A stretch of 47,574 bases of DNA from Myxococcales bacterium (lineage in GTDB: Bacteria; Myxococcota_A; UBA9042): assembly GCA_037441385.1 (NCBI GenBank), contig JBBISH010000038.1:1-47574 (forward strand), given 5' to 3'. Below the pieces are notes generated by a model. The model was given only the letters and a program-made list of their open reading frames with translations, did no database searches and was not told the origin of the DNA. Shown here piece after piece: positions 1 to 10,683 of this stretch. How positions within the stretch are numbered: position 1 is the first letter of the stretch; each line of letters opens with the position of its first letter. A program made the translations under genes and the position numbers.

Positions 1-326
1 TGCGCTGGTCGATCGCCGGCGCGGCACAAATGGCGAGACTTCGGGCGGACTTATTCAACGGCCGCTGGGAGCGGCGCACTCGGGAAATCATGGCGGCTTG
101 ACCCGGTTTTCGGAACCGCGCCCGGAGTTGGCGATCTTCCGATCGCCCTGCCGTGCGCCCACGAGCAGATTGACGCAACGCGCAAATGGGCCTAGCGTCG
201 GCCACCGCGAACTTGGTTCGGGTGGGTGGTCGGCCGCGTGTGGGCCTGACTACCTGGGGAGTACCGCCGGGGCGGGCTTGCGCCGGCTTCAAGGCCCATC
301 CCGAACGGCCTGACTCGAGGTGCACC

Positions 327-3300
327 GTGCCGCCGTGTGGGAAGATTGTACGTGACCAGCTGCGGCGCCTCGCTGTGCTGTTGGTCGTCCTTGTCGCGGC
401 CTGCAGCTCGATCGCCCAGCGCATGGACAGGCACCTGCAGGCGCGCGAGTGGGATGAAGCGATCTCGCTGGGGGAAAAGTGGATCGACGCTCAGAATCCG
501 GCCAAAGTCGATCCCGGCGAGTCGCAGAAAGTTCGGCACTTGCTGGCAGAGGCGCGCCTGGGTCGTGCCAAGAAAATCGACACGGTCGATGCGTACGGCG
601 AAGTGGTCGAGGCCTATCCGGCGGGCGAGCCGCGCGACATCGTCGCCGAGGCGAAGAAGCGCCTGACGGCGACGTGGTACCGCGACTACACCACCAAGCG
701 CGGCAAAGTGGACGATTATCGCGTATTCCGGGCCAAGTTTCCTGAGGCGGCGGAAGTCGCGGCCAGCAAAGCGGCCGAAGCGGCGGTTGCCCTTGCGGAC
801 CTTGGACCCACTCCTACCGTTGCTGCCCTGGACCAGTGGCGCGAAAGCTATGAGGCTTGGCCAGAGGCGGCCAAGTCGGCCTCCCAAGCGCGTTCGACCG
901 AAGTCGACCTGGTGGTCGCCGAGGCGCGGCGGATCGACACCTTGGCCGCATGGCGTGGCGTGTCAGCCAAGTTGGCCGGGTGGGCGGAGGCCACCAACGC
1001 GTTGCCAGAAGCCCGCAAGCGCGAGGTCGAGCTTGCTTTTGCCGAAGCAGACCGCGCCGAAGGCGTGGACATGTTGCGGGCCTTTGTCGATCGGTACTGG
1101 GGCTGGCTGGAAGCCCGCGCGCAGGTCCAGCTGGCCCGAGAGCATATTCGCGTCAAGCGCCTGGCGGCGGCGCTGGCGGCCGGTGACGAGGGCGCGGCGC
1201 TCCGCGAGTTCATCGAGCACTATCGCGCAGACCCCGATGCGGCTGTCCAGGTCGACGAAGCCCGTAGCCGGCTGGCGGAGCGCCTGTGGGCCAGCGCGCG
1301 GGCGTCCTTGGATGTCGGCAAGCTGAAGACCATCGTGGCGGAATTCCCCGAGGCACCCCAGGCCGCGTCGGCGGCCTCGTTGCTCGCCTCGATTCAAGCC
1401 TACAATGCTTCGCCCGGTCGAAACGAATGGACCGTGGAGATGGGCGCCATGTCGCGAACGGCAACCGGAACCGTGCGGGCGTTTGTGCAAGTCTTGGGGC
1501 CGGATGGCGCCCCAGTGGGCGGACTGCGCCGCGACCATTTTCAGGTCCTGCTCCCCTCGGGATCCCTGCCGATAGCGGGTTTTGCAGGGACCGACGAGAT
1601 GCGGCCCCTGGACATGGTGCTGGTCTTTGACGTTACCGGCAGCATGTCCGTGCAGATTGACGCAGCCAAGGCCGCCGCCTTGGAATTTGCCGCGGGTCTG
1701 CGTTTGCGCAACCGCGATGCGCGCTTTGGGGTGGTGACGTTTGGCGATACCGTGCAGCGGGTCTTTGCGCCGTTGACACCCGATATCGAGACGTTGCGCG
1801 GCTGGCTGGGAAGCATGACGTCAGGGGGTGGCGATGACACGCCCGAGAATCCCTTGGATGCCATGGCCGTCGCTGTGGGACTCAAGTTCAGGCCCAATGC
1901 GCAAGTGGCGCTGATTCTTATCACCGATGCCCCAGCTCATGTCGCTGACCGCGTGACCACTCGGACCTTTGAGCAGTTGACCAGCCAATTGTCGTCGCGC
2001 AGCATCACGCTCTTTGCCGTGGGGCCGAACTGGCCGCCCTACCGCGAGATGACGGCCAAACTGGGCGGCCAATTGTTCCCGATCGGCGACGCGGCCGCGT
2101 TCGAATCCGCATTTTTGCAGCTCGGAACACTGACGGCCAAGCAGTACGAAATCGCTTTTGCCGATCCGGCCGAGAGTGTGGACCCTGCCATGGCCGCGAC
2201 GGTGGCCAAGTATCGGCCCAGGGTGCGGGCATTTCGCGACATCTCTTGGGCGACGGCTGGCAGTGCGCCGCCCGGTGAGTTCGCCATCATGGTCGAGGAC
2301 TCGACCATCTCGGCCGCGTGGATGGCGGCGGCAGTGGGTGGTGGTCTTTTCTATAGCAGCGATGGAGCCAAGACTTGGCGGCCTGCGGGCAAACCAACTG
2401 TGCAGACCCTCCTTAATGTGGGGCCGCATTCTTGGCTCCTGCTGGATGACACCGGGCGGATTCAGCGCAGCGGCGGCGACGGAGCCCAGTGGACGACGGC
2501 CGACTCGGCGCCCGCCGCATGTGTTGCCATTGCCCAAGACTTTGCCCGACCGAGCCACCTTTGGGCGGCAACCGCTTCGTCGATCAGCGAATCCCAAGAT
2601 GGTGGCCTCACCTGGAGCACGGCCGCGGCAGCCGGCGGGGCCGAGTCCGCGATTGTGAAGGCTTGGTCTGCGCCCGGTGGACGGTTCCTGTATTTGCGCG
2701 CCGACGCATCGGCGTGGGAGTGGACCGGCCCGCAATCGCGGTCGCGGCGGTCTGCGTTCCAACTGCCACCGCTGGTGGCTGGCCATCGCGCCCGATTCGT
2801 CGTGCCCTGGTGGAACGGTCACGTGGTGCTCGTCTTGGGCGAAGATGGGCGTCTGTGGCGTTCTGGCAATGGCGGCGCGACGTGGGTCGAACTGACGATC
2901 GCCCGAGCCGGCGGACGCACTCACTTGCGCTACGTCGTCGCCGACCGGGCCAACCTGCGCCGTTTGGTGGCCATCGGCGACGACGGATTGTGGCTATCGG
3001 ACGATGCCGGGTTGACGTGGCGCCTAGCCGGTGAGGGCTTGTTGGCTGCGGACCTGCAGCGTAGCTCCGTTGCCCTCTCCTCGCGGGGTGGACTCCTGCT
3101 CGCGTCGGCGCAAAGCAAGCGCGTGGTTCGCCCGGCCGCGGTGGTCGACCGCGAGTTCGTGGCCAGCCACGTCTATTTCCCAACCGGCAGCCACCGCATC
3201 AATGACGAACTCCGCGCGTATCTCTTGAAGCTGGCAGACAGGATTCGCGGCCGCCTGCACCTGAGCGTCCGCATCGACGGGCACACCGACGATGTGGGCG

Positions 3301-3494
3301 AAGAAGGCGCCAACATGACACTGTCGCTGCAGCGCGCCGAAGCGGTGCGTGCCGCGCTGGTCGAGGCCGGCATCGACTCCCGGCGGGTCGAGGTCCAGGG
3401 GTGGGGCGAGACGCGGCCCCTGGTGCCGAACACCAACTCCGAGGCACGGGCGCGCAACCGACGGGTCGAGATCGCCGTCTTGGAGGCCGAGTAG
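327..3494 (+). CDS. Lipoprotein with helical repeats, VWA domain, Asp-box (BNR) beta-propeller and C-terminal OmpA-like peptidoglycan-binding domain
   Basis: GTG at 327 preceded by GAGGT; lipobox LVAAC; MIDAS-like VFDVTGSM...LITDA; five SxDGGxTW-like Asp boxes; OmpA motif IDGHTD...NMTLSLQRAEAV...GWGETRP...RARNRRVEI. Confidence 0.85.
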   Translation: MPPCGKIVRDQLRRLAVLLVVLVAACSSIAQRMDRHLQAREWDEAISLGEKWIDAQNPAKVDPGESQKVRHLLAEARLGRAKKIDTVDAYGEVVEAYPAGEPRDIVAEAKKRLTATWYRDYTTKRGKVDDYRVFRAKFPEAAEVAASKAAEAAVALADLGPTPTVAALDQWRESYEAWPEAAKSASQARSTEVDLVVAEARRIDTLAAWRGVSAKLAGWAEATNALPEARKREVELAFAEADRAEGVDMLRAFVDRYWGWLEARAQVQLAREHIRVKRLAAALAAGDEGAALREFIEHYRADPDAAVQVDEARSRLAERLWASARASLDVGKLKTIVAEFPEAPQAASAASLLASIQAYNASPGRNEWTVEMGAMSRTATGTVRAFVQVLGPDGAPVGGLRRDHFQVLLPSGSLPIAGFAGTDEMRPLDMVLVFDVTGSMSVQIDAAKAAALEFAAGLRLRNRDARFGVVTFGDTVQRVFAPLTPDIETLRGWLGSMTSGGGDDTPENPLDAMAVAVGLKFRPNAQVALILITDAPAHVADRVTTRTFEQLTSQLSSRSITLFAVGPNWPPYREMTAKLGGQLFPIGDAAAFESAFLQLGTLTAKQYEIAFADPAESVDPAMAATVAKYRPRVRAFRDISWATAGSAPPGEFAIMVEDSTISAAWMAAAVGGGLFYSSDGAKTWRPAGKPTVQTLLNVGPHSWLLLDDTGRIQRSGGDGAQWTTADSAPAACVAIAQDFARPSHLWAATASSISESQDGGLTWSTAAAAGGAESAIVKAWSAPGGRFLYLRADASAWEWTGPQSRSRRSAFQLPPLVAGHRARFVVPWWNGHVVLVLGEDGRLWRSGNGGATWVELTIARAGGRTHLRYVVADRANLRRLVAIGDDGLWLSDDAGLTWRLAGEGLLAADLQRSSVALSSRGGLLLASAQSKRVVRPAAVVDREFVASHVYFPTGSHRINDELRAYLLKLADRIRGRLHLSVRIDGHTDDVGEEGANMTLSLQRAEAVRAALVEAGIDSRRVEVQGWGETRPLVPNTNSEARARNRRVEIAVLEAE

Positions 3495-3738
3495 CTAGGC
3501 GTCTTGTGCCTTGGCTGTCCGTCCGGGACAACGCCGGAAACGACTAGAGTTTGGATCAGCTACTTGGGCGTCTCGCTGTTGAACGATCGGCCCGCCAGCG
3601 ACCCCAGCAGCAAGGACCGCGTGGAAGTACAAACCGTGGCTTGGTTGCGGAGCTGAGCCGCCGTGGACTGCCGTTGCCGGCCGATCGCGCGCACACAATC
3701 GCGGGCAAATCAGTGGCCGTCCGAGACGGCGCCGCGGT

Positions 3739-5025
3739 TCACCGCTGCCGCGGTTGCGGCCATACGTCGCCGCCGCAGCTGGTCCACACCACATGACCGT
3801 CGTAGCTCAAGGGGTCGCCGTCGAATACGGTGAAATTAGACGGTAATCCCGGCGCGATCGCCACGACTTGCGTATCCAGGCCCAGCACCTGCGCGGCCGC
3901 GACGGTGCCCATGCGCAGCGCGTCTGCCCAAGGGACGCCCTGTTGCACCAACAAGCCAAGCGCCCAGCGCAGGTTGCGCGCGTCATAGGCATGCTCAGTC
4001 GCCACGATCACCGTCACACCGGCCTGCAACAGCAAGCGGGCGTTCTGGTCCGTCGCGCGCAACCGAGCAAAGTCGTTGGGCCGGGCCGAACCCGGCGTCA
4101 GGATGACGGGAACGTGCTGCGCAGCCAGCGCCGCAGCGGCCAAGTGGGCCTCGGCCCCGCCGGCGATCTGCAACCGGAAGCCAAGCTCGCGCTGCAATCG
4201 CAACACAGCGCCGATGTCGTCGGCATGGTCGGCGTGGACGACCAACGGCAGTCGGCCGGCCATGACTTCGGCCAAGGGCGCCAAGCTGGGGTCGTCGCGC
4301 AGTCGTTGCAGAGATTCTTCTTGCGCTGGCGTGACTTTCTGTTTGCCCACTGCGGCCTTGGCCAGCCGCTGACCCTGCAGAAGCAAGTCGCGCAGCTTGG
4401 CCAGTTGGCCCGACCGCGACCCGGTCAGCTGATCTTCGCGCTTGGCTGCATGCCCGATGCTGGCATGGACCGCCACAGGCGACCTGATTATCGCTTGATC
4501 CACCGTAGCGCCGCACGTGCGCAACACCGCGCTTTGGCCCGTGATGAGGCCGCTTCCCAGCGGATGCACGGCGACCACGCCGACACCGGCTTGCTGGGCG
4601 GCCTCGATGGCCCGGCTGTTCAGGCGAATTCCATCCACGGCCCGGACTTGCGCAGCGTTGGCCAGCTTGGGGGTTGCGCCGTCGCTGGACTCTTCCTCGG
4701 CCTCGATCTCGACAAGACCCAACTCGTTGTAGGGCTCGATCAGGTTGGGAATGGCGATGCCCTTGCCAGCAAAATCACGTACTTCGGCGGTCTTGCCCGC
4801 CTGTTCTTGGCACGGTCGGACCTGTACGCTGGGCGGGCGCACACCGGCGACGTCGCCGCTCAGGCAGCGGATCACGCCGCGGTTGTCCAGAAGGATTTCG
4901 GCGCGGCTCACGACCACCTGCGGCTCTGCCAGCTGCAGCGTAAGTCCACGCAATAGCAGCTCGCCGGCCCAAGCCGGAGCCGGCAGGCTCAGCAGGCCCA
5001 ACAGGGTCAGAGCGGTTACTCGCAT
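3739..5025 (-). CDS. Secreted amidohydrolase-family protein, probably a catalytically degenerate subunit
   Basis: Signal peptide; amidohydrolase-fold segments ([21 protein letters not shown]); the HxH metal motif is replaced by IEPYNE; ATG at 5025 with GGGGGAG upstream, overlapping the upstream gene's end. Confidence 0.8.
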   Translation of the reverse strand: MRVTALTLLGLLSLPAPAWAGELLLRGLTLQLAEPQVVVSRAEILLDNRGVIRCLSGDVAGVRPPSVQVRPCQEQAGKTAEVRDFAGKGIAIPNLIEPYNELGLVEIEAEEESSDGATPKLANAAQVRAVDGIRLNSRAIEAAQQAGVGVVAVHPLGSGLITGQSAVLRTCGATVDQAIIRSPVAVHASIGHAAKREDQLTGSRSGQLAKLRDLLLQGQRLAKAAVGKQKVTPAQEESLQRLRDDPSLAPLAEVMAGRLPLVVHADHADDIGAVLRLQRELGFRLQIAGGAEAHLAAAALAAQHVPVILTPGSARPNDFARLRATDQNARLLLQAGVTVIVATEHAYDARNLRWALGLLVQQGVPWADALRMGTVAAAQVLGLDTQVVAIAPGLPSNFTVFDGDPLSYDGHVVWTSCGGDVWPQPRQR

Positions 5026-6332
5026 CCGCACTCCCCCGCGGCGGCGTGGACGGTGCGGCTCCAGGCTGCCTGCAAGTTTTGACCGTCACCAACTACTTGA
5101 ATCCCTTGGATAAAGACCCGCTCTGGGCGAGCGCCCAGCGCCAGCGGCGACACGGGCCACACTACCACGTCGGCGTCTTTGCCCACTTCGAGCGTGCCAA
5201 TGCGGTCGAGCAAGCCGATGGCCTGTGCAGGGTTGCGCGTCACCGCTGCCAGCGCCGCCTGCTCGGCCAGGCCGTAGTGGTGCGCCTTGGCCGCCTCGCC
5301 GACGAGGTCGCGCGACTCGATGACCGGGTGGTCTGTCTTGAGTGCGACAACTACGCCTGCAGCCTGCAGAATCTCGGGTGCATGCACCGACGCGTCGTAG
5401 GCTTCGAGCTTGAAGCCCCCCAAGTCGGCAAAGGTCGCTACGGCGATGCGGCGCTCGCGCAGTAGCTGCGGCACCTTCCAGGCTTCCAGGGCATGATGGA
5501 TCGCCGCGACCTTGAAGTGGAATTCCTCGGACAGCCGCACCAAAGTCTCGATATCGTGGACTTCGTAGCAGTGGACCTGCAAAAGCACCTCGCCGCGAAG
5601 CAGGGCTTGCAAGGGCTCGAGATCGGGCCGATTGGGTCGCGGAGCCGCGTGCACGGCTTCTTTGTCCCAGCGCTGCTGGCTGGCGTCCAGCTCCTGCGCC
5701 TCAATCAACCGCTGCCGAATCACCCACGCACTGCCCATGCGCGACATCGGCAGCTGGCCGCGGCCGCCATAGGTGCGCTTGGGGTTTTCGCCCAGGGCCC
5801 ACTTCATCGCCCGCGGTGCGCCCGGGATCTGCATCTCGGCAACCGTGCGACCAAACAGCTTGATGTACAAAGCCTGCCCGCCCATCACGTTGCCGCTGCC
5901 GGGCAAGATCAGCGACGTGGTGACGCCGCCCGCCACCGCCCGGGCGATCGCTGCATCCTCGGGATCGAACGAGTCGCTGGCGCGCAGGTACGGCGTCGCT
6001 GGCGCGGTCATCTCGTTGCCGTCGGCGTGGGCGCGGCTGTTGGGCGACGAATACACCCCCAAGTGCGAGTGCATGTCGATCAGCCCAGGGGTCACGATGC
6101 GCCCGCGGGCCTCGACCACCACGGCAGCGGGTGGCGCGACCAAGTCCTTGCCGATCGCGGCGATACGGCCGTTCTGCAGCAACAGGTCGGTGTCTGGCAG
6201 CACCGCGCCGGTCGCGGGCCACAAGGTCGCGTGCCGCAACACAATCGGCAATCGGGCGGGCACCGCGGCATACACCGACACGGCCGGCAGCAGGCCCAGC
6301 ACCGCCATCAGGCACAGACGGGCGAATTTCAC
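5016..6332 (-). CDS. Secreted amidohydrolase-family protein (imidazolonepropionase-like)
   Basis: [32 protein letters not shown] and GKDADVVVW motifs; GTGA overlap with the upstream stop at 6329-6332. Confidence 0.9.
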   Translation of the reverse strand: MKFARLCLMAVLGLLPAVSVYAAVPARLPIVLRHATLWPATGAVLPDTDLLLQNGRIAAIGKDLVAPPAAVVVEARGRIVTPGLIDMHSHLGVYSSPNSRAHADGNEMTAPATPYLRASDSFDPEDAAIARAVAGGVTTSLILPGSGNVMGGQALYIKLFGRTVAEMQIPGAPRAMKWALGENPKRTYGGRGQLPMSRMGSAWVIRQRLIEAQELDASQQRWDKEAVHAAPRPNRPDLEPLQALLRGEVLLQVHCYEVHDIETLVRLSEEFHFKVAAIHHALEAWKVPQLLRERRIAVATFADLGGFKLEAYDASVHAPEILQAAGVVVALKTDHPVIESRDLVGEAAKAHHYGLAEQAALAAVTRNPAQAIGLLDRIGTLEVGKDADVVVWPVSPLALGARPERVFIQGIQVVGDGQNLQAAWSRTVHAAAGECGCE

Positions 6333-6895
6333 GGGGCGATCGGGACCTTGCCCCCGCAATGCAGCATCTCGGCGCCGTAGTACGGGTTGCCCATCTCGTC
6401 GCCCGTCTGCAGCCACTTTTGGTACGTCTTGGTCATGGGGCAGCGATAGCACACCAGACCGGTCTGCAAGGCCTTTTCGCCGGCTACGACGGTGATCATG
6501 GCCTTGCTGGCATCGCCAAAGGCTTGGCGCGCACCGGGCATGTCGGCTGCGCCGCCCACAGCGCCCAACGCCGTCTGAACATGCTGTAATTCGGTTGCGG
6601 CGCCGGGCAGGGCGGCGGCTGCGGCCTCTAGTGCCGGTTTGGCGGCGTTGGCGGCGGTCTTGGCATCGGCCAGATTGTCGGCGGCAAGGGCTGCGCGCAC
6701 CTTGGCATAGGCCGCGATCGCTTCTTGGCCGGCGCGGAGGCGCGGCGAATCTTGTTCCGCGCGGGGCGCTTCGGCCGGCTTGGCGGCGGCTTCTGCGGGG
6801 GCGGCTGGCGCTGCAGACGGAGTTTCGGCCGGGGGCGCCGCTTTGGAGCAAGCCGACACGGCCAGGGCGGCCAGGACAAAACGCAGGAACTTCAT
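6329..6895 (-). CDS. DUF3347-like heavy-metal-binding lipoprotein
   Basis: [16 protein letters not shown] lipobox; Ala/Pro linker; C-terminal YRCPM...WLQ...[12 protein letters not shown] motif typical of Cu-efflux-associated proteins. Confidence 0.8.
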   Translation of the reverse strand: MKFLRFVLAALAVSACSKAAPPAETPSAAPAAPAEAAAKPAEAPRAEQDSPRLRAGQEAIAAYAKVRAALAADNLADAKTAANAAKPALEAAAAALPGAATELQHVQTALGAVGGAADMPGARQAFGDASKAMITVVAGEKALQTGLVCYRCPMTKTYQKWLQTGDEMGNPYYGAEMLHCGGKVPIAP

Positions 6896-6918
6896 GATGG
6901 ATTGCTCCAAGTGAGGGG

Positions 6919-9534
6919 CTAGGTCGGTGGGCGCCAGCGCTGCAACCGCAGCGAATTGCTGACCACGCTGACCGACGAGAGCGCCATGGCAGCGCTGGCC
7001 AGCACGGGCGACGGCATGTCGCCGGTCCAGGGATACAACACCCCAGCCGCCAAGGGAATACCCAGCAGGTTGTAGCCGAACGCCCAGCCCAAATTTTGCA
7101 GCAGGATTCGGCGCGTGTGCTTGCCCAAGTCCAAGAGCGCCAGGATCGCCCTGAGATCGCTGCCCAGCAGGGTCACATCGGCTTGCCCTACGGCCACTTC
7201 CGTGCCGCCGCCCATGGCGATCGACAGGTCGGCCGCGGCCAGGGCCGGCGCGTCGTTGATGCCGTCGCCCACCAGCGCCACGCGCTGTCCGCGACCGCGC
7301 AACTGCTCGACCAAGCGCGTCTTGTCGGCCGGACTCGCCGCCGCGGTCCAGCCATCGGCACCGATCGCCGCGGCCGCCGCCTGCACGGCCTCTTGCCGAT
7401 CGCCGCTGAGCAGGTGGACTTGTGCGCCCAGCTTGTGCAACTCGCGCACCAGTTCGGCCGCCTCGGGCCGCACCTCGTCGCGCAACCACACAAGCCCACA
7501 CAGCTTCTTGTCCACCACCACGCCCACCAGCGAAGTTGCGACCGGTTCGCCCCGGCGCTGTTCGGCCAGACTGGCCAGATCGCCCTGCGTCGCCAACCAC
7601 TCGACCGCGCCCACCGCCACGCTCGCCCCGGCCACGTGCGCGCGAACGCCTTGCCCGGCAGCCACTTGCGCGCCACGCGCCACGGCTTCGACCGTCGACC
7701 CGCCGCTACTCGTTTGGAGCTGCTGCCACGCCACGATGGCCTGGGCCAAAGGATGGCTGCTGGCCCGCTCGACGGCCGCGGTCATCGCCCAACCCGTCGA
7801 TTCGGGAATGCTTGTGTCGACCCAGCGCGCCGCCACCACACTGGGATGGCCCGTGGTGATCGTCCCCGTCTTGTCAAAGACGACTGTGTCGACCTTCTGC
7901 CCGCCCTCTAGCGCGGCGCCCGAACGCACCAACAAGCCCGCCCGCGCGGCCCGGCCGATGGCCACCATCACGGCAGTCGGCACCGCCAAGCCCATCGCGC
8001 ACGGGCAAGCCACGATGATCACGCTCAGCGCGGCCACCAGCGCACGCCCCAACGCCGGTTCCGGTCCGACCAGCAGCCACACCAGCGCGGTGAGCAGGGC
8101 GATCGCCAAGACAATCGGCACGAACCGCGCCGCCCAGCGATCGGCCAGGCGCTGCAGCTGCGGCTTGGCGGCTTGGGCCGCCTCGATCTGGCCGACGATA
8201 TGAGCAAGCGTAGAGTCTTCGCCGACTTGCGTGGCCCGCAGCGTCAAGGCGCCGTCCAGTGCCAAGGTGCCGCCCACCACGCGCTGGCCGGGCTGGCGCA
8301 GTACGGGCACGGCCTCGCCGGTCAACATCGACTCGTCCACGCCGCTTTGGCCCGCCTCGACGCGGCCATCGCACGGGATCCGCGTCCCAGCGGCCACCAG
8401 CACGCGATCGCCGGGCAGTAGCTCCTCCACGGCCACCTCGCGCGGCGTGTCGCCCTCTAGCCGAGTCGCAGTGCGGGGTTGCAGGCTTACCAGCGCTTGC
8501 AGGCTGGCATGGGTGCGGCGCCGGGCCCGGCCTTCCAGATAGCGCCCCAGCAGCACCAGCCCGGGCACCCAGGGCACCGCATCGAACCACGTCTGCGCCG
8601 GGATCTGCAGGCGTTCCAGGGTCTGCGGCACCACCGTGGCGGCCGCGCTCGCCAGCCACGCCGAGCCGGTGCCCAGCGCCACCAGCACATTCATGTCGCC
8701 GGCACCGTGCCGCAAAGCCGCGCGCGCTCGCACAAAAAACGTCCGTGCCGGCCCCAACACCACTGCCGTGCACAGCAGGAGCAGGACCCAACGCAATAGG
8801 TCGTGATCCAACGCGTAGAGCCAGGGCATCGCGGATTGGAACAGGGCGTCCACTCGGGCCATCGCTGTCATGGCGCTGCCGTGCTGGTGCCCTGGCCCCA
8901 TGTCCGCCATCAGCGGCATGCCCAAGAGCATGGTCAGCAAACCCACACCCAGGCTGAACAAGATCGGCGTCAGCGGCGCGGTCGGCTCGTCGCGATCGGC
9001 CAGGCGCTGCGTCCAGCTCGCCGCCGCTGGGCGCACGCTGTAGCCCAACTCGGTCACGGCCGTCATCAAACGATGGGCGTCGGTTTGGCCTGGCCAGAAG
9101 CGGACTTGCGCCCGCTCCAGCACCAAGTCGACCGCGGCTTCGTGCACGCCCGGCAGCGCCTGCAGGGTGCCCTCGATCGAACGCACGCACGCAGCACACG
9201 TCATCCCGCCCACGCTCAGCTTGAGCGTGACGAGCTCGTCGCCGGCTTCTTGGTTCGACTCTGTGGGGTTGGCTACGTCTGCCGCGTCACTCGACGGGGC
9301 AGACGGGCGTATGTTGGGCTCCGTGTCGCCTTCGACCTCGTAGCCCGCGGTTTCGATGGCCTTTTGGAGATCGCTGCGCGGCACGCTGCCGTCGTGAATG
9401 GCTTCGGCGGTGCAGGCGCTGTGGCTGGCGCGGGCTTCACTCACGCCGGGAATGGCTTTCAGGGCTTTGACGACGCGGCCTTCGCAGTGGCCGCACGACA
9501 TACCGGTCACGCGTAAGGTGGTGCTGTGGGACAT
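6919..9534 (-). CDS. copA: Copper-translocating P1B-type ATPase
   Basis: Two HMA domains (GMSCGHC, GMTCAAC); [24 protein letters not shown] and MALSS Cu(I) ligands. Confidence 0.95.
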   Translation of the reverse strand: MSHSTTLRVTGMSCGHCEGRVVKALKAIPGVSEARASHSACTAEAIHDGSVPRSDLQKAIETAGYEVEGDTEPNIRPSAPSSDAADVANPTESNQEAGDELVTLKLSVGGMTCAACVRSIEGTLQALPGVHEAAVDLVLERAQVRFWPGQTDAHRLMTAVTELGYSVRPAAASWTQRLADRDEPTAPLTPILFSLGVGLLTMLLGMPLMADMGPGHQHGSAMTAMARVDALFQSAMPWLYALDHDLLRWVLLLLCTAVVLGPARTFFVRARAALRHGAGDMNVLVALGTGSAWLASAAATVVPQTLERLQIPAQTWFDAVPWVPGLVLLGRYLEGRARRRTHASLQALVSLQPRTATRLEGDTPREVAVEELLPGDRVLVAAGTRIPCDGRVEAGQSGVDESMLTGEAVPVLRQPGQRVVGGTLALDGALTLRATQVGEDSTLAHIVGQIEAAQAAKPQLQRLADRWAARFVPIVLAIALLTALVWLLVGPEPALGRALVAALSVIIVACPCAMGLAVPTAVMVAIGRAARAGLLVRSGAALEGGQKVDTVVFDKTGTITTGHPSVVAARWVDTSIPESTGWAMTAAVERASSHPLAQAIVAWQQLQTSSGGSTVEAVARGAQVAAGQGVRAHVAGASVAVGAVEWLATQGDLASLAEQRRGEPVATSLVGVVVDKKLCGLVWLRDEVRPEAAELVRELHKLGAQVHLLSGDRQEAVQAAAAAIGADGWTAAASPADKTRLVEQLRGRGQRVALVGDGINDAPALAAADLSIAMGGGTEVAVGQADVTLLGSDLRAILALLDLGKHTRRILLQNLGWAFGYNLLGIPLAAGVLYPWTGDMPSPVLASAAMALSSVSVVSNSLRLQRWRPPT

Positions 9535-9630
9535 GAACTCGCTCCGGGTGCCGTTGGGCACCAACGCAGCGTAGGAGCCAGCCCGCACTTGTAAAGGGGC
9601 GGCGTGCTCCGCGACCGTGTCACGCCTGCA

Positions 9631-10665
9631 TCACACCGGGTCTAGATCGAATTGACCAAGCAGCGCCGCCAATTGCGGCCACAGGGTCTTGGCCGCCGGC
9701 GACGAGGTCATGCCGCCCACATGGCTGCCATCAAAGACCACGTGCTCTTTGCGCGCGGATTGCGTCCACTGCAGCAGCGGCTCGCAACAGGGCGCCGGCG
9801 CAATGGAATCCAGCGCGAACGTCACCGCCAGGACCGGCGTGCGCACCGCCGCCAGATCGACTTTGCGGCCGTTCACGATCAGGGTGCGGTTGGCCAGGCC
9901 ATCGCGCTGGTACAGGTCGCGCACGTAGCGGCGGTAGAACTCGCCCGGCAAGCCCACGTTGTCGTTGGCCCACGTCTCTAACGCCAAGAAACCGTCCAGG
10001 AATTTGTCGTTCCAGGCCCGGTCGATCAGGTTGACGCCCTTGGCCAGCGGCAACGTCGGCCGCAACATCTGGAAGCTGGCCTGCAGCAGCGGCGCCGGCA
10101 CCACCCCGGTGGCATCGATCATCGCATCGATGTCGAAGTGGCCGCCGCGCAGCCAATCGCCCATGATTCCAGCACGATCGAAGGCGACGGGCGCCGCCAC
10201 GGCCGTCAGCGACTGCACCTTGTCAGGGTGCAGCGCCGCATAGACCGCGGCCAGGGTGCCGCCCATGCAATAGCCGAACAGATGGACCTTTTTCGCCCCC
10301 GACAGCCGCTCGGCCACGCCCGCCGCCCGGCCGATCGCTTGATCCACCACCTGGTCAAACGTGACGAAGCGGTCTTCGGGCCGCGGGCTGCCCCAATCGA
10401 TGCAGTACACGTCGAAGCCGCGTGCAACCATGTATTCCACAAAGCTTTTGCCGGGCGTCAGGTCCAGGACGTAGTGGCGGTTGATCAGCGACGGCACCAG
10501 CAGCAGCGGGTGGTGGACGGTGGGCGGTTGCGGCGAGAAGTAGTGCAGCAGCTGCCAGCTGCCCTCGCGATGCACCACCGCGTGCGGCGTGACCCCCACT
10601 TGCGGCCGCGGCCGCTTGGGCAAAGTCAGCAGGTTGCGCAGTCGATTGACCAGGTTGGGCTGCAT
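9631..10665 (-). CDS. phaC: Class III PHA synthase subunit PhaC (copy 1)
   Basis: PLLLVPSLINRHYVLDL, DWG, lipase box GYCMGG, LETWAND, catalytic Asp (LDSIAP) and His (GSHVG). Confidence 0.88.
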   Translation of the reverse strand: MQPNLVNRLRNLLTLPKRPRPQVGVTPHAVVHREGSWQLLHYFSPQPPTVHHPLLLVPSLINRHYVLDLTPGKSFVEYMVARGFDVYCIDWGSPRPEDRFVTFDQVVDQAIGRAAGVAERLSGAKKVHLFGYCMGGTLAAVYAALHPDKVQSLTAVAAPVAFDRAGIMGDWLRGGHFDIDAMIDATGVVPAPLLQASFQMLRPTLPLAKGVNLIDRAWNDKFLDGFLALETWANDNVGLPGEFYRRYVRDLYQRDGLANRTLIVNGRKVDLAAVRTPVLAVTFALDSIAPAPCCEPLLQWTQSARKEHVVFDGSHVGGMTSSPAAKTLWPQLAALLGQFDLDPV

Positions 10666-10683
10666 GATGCGATCCTTCACCTT

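Noticed and set aside
6333..7600. Long N-terminal extensions of the ORF-track calls 5016..6851 and 6329..7600
   Set aside because: They overlap genuine upstream genes; starts at 6332 and 6895 give signal peptides and sensible coupling.
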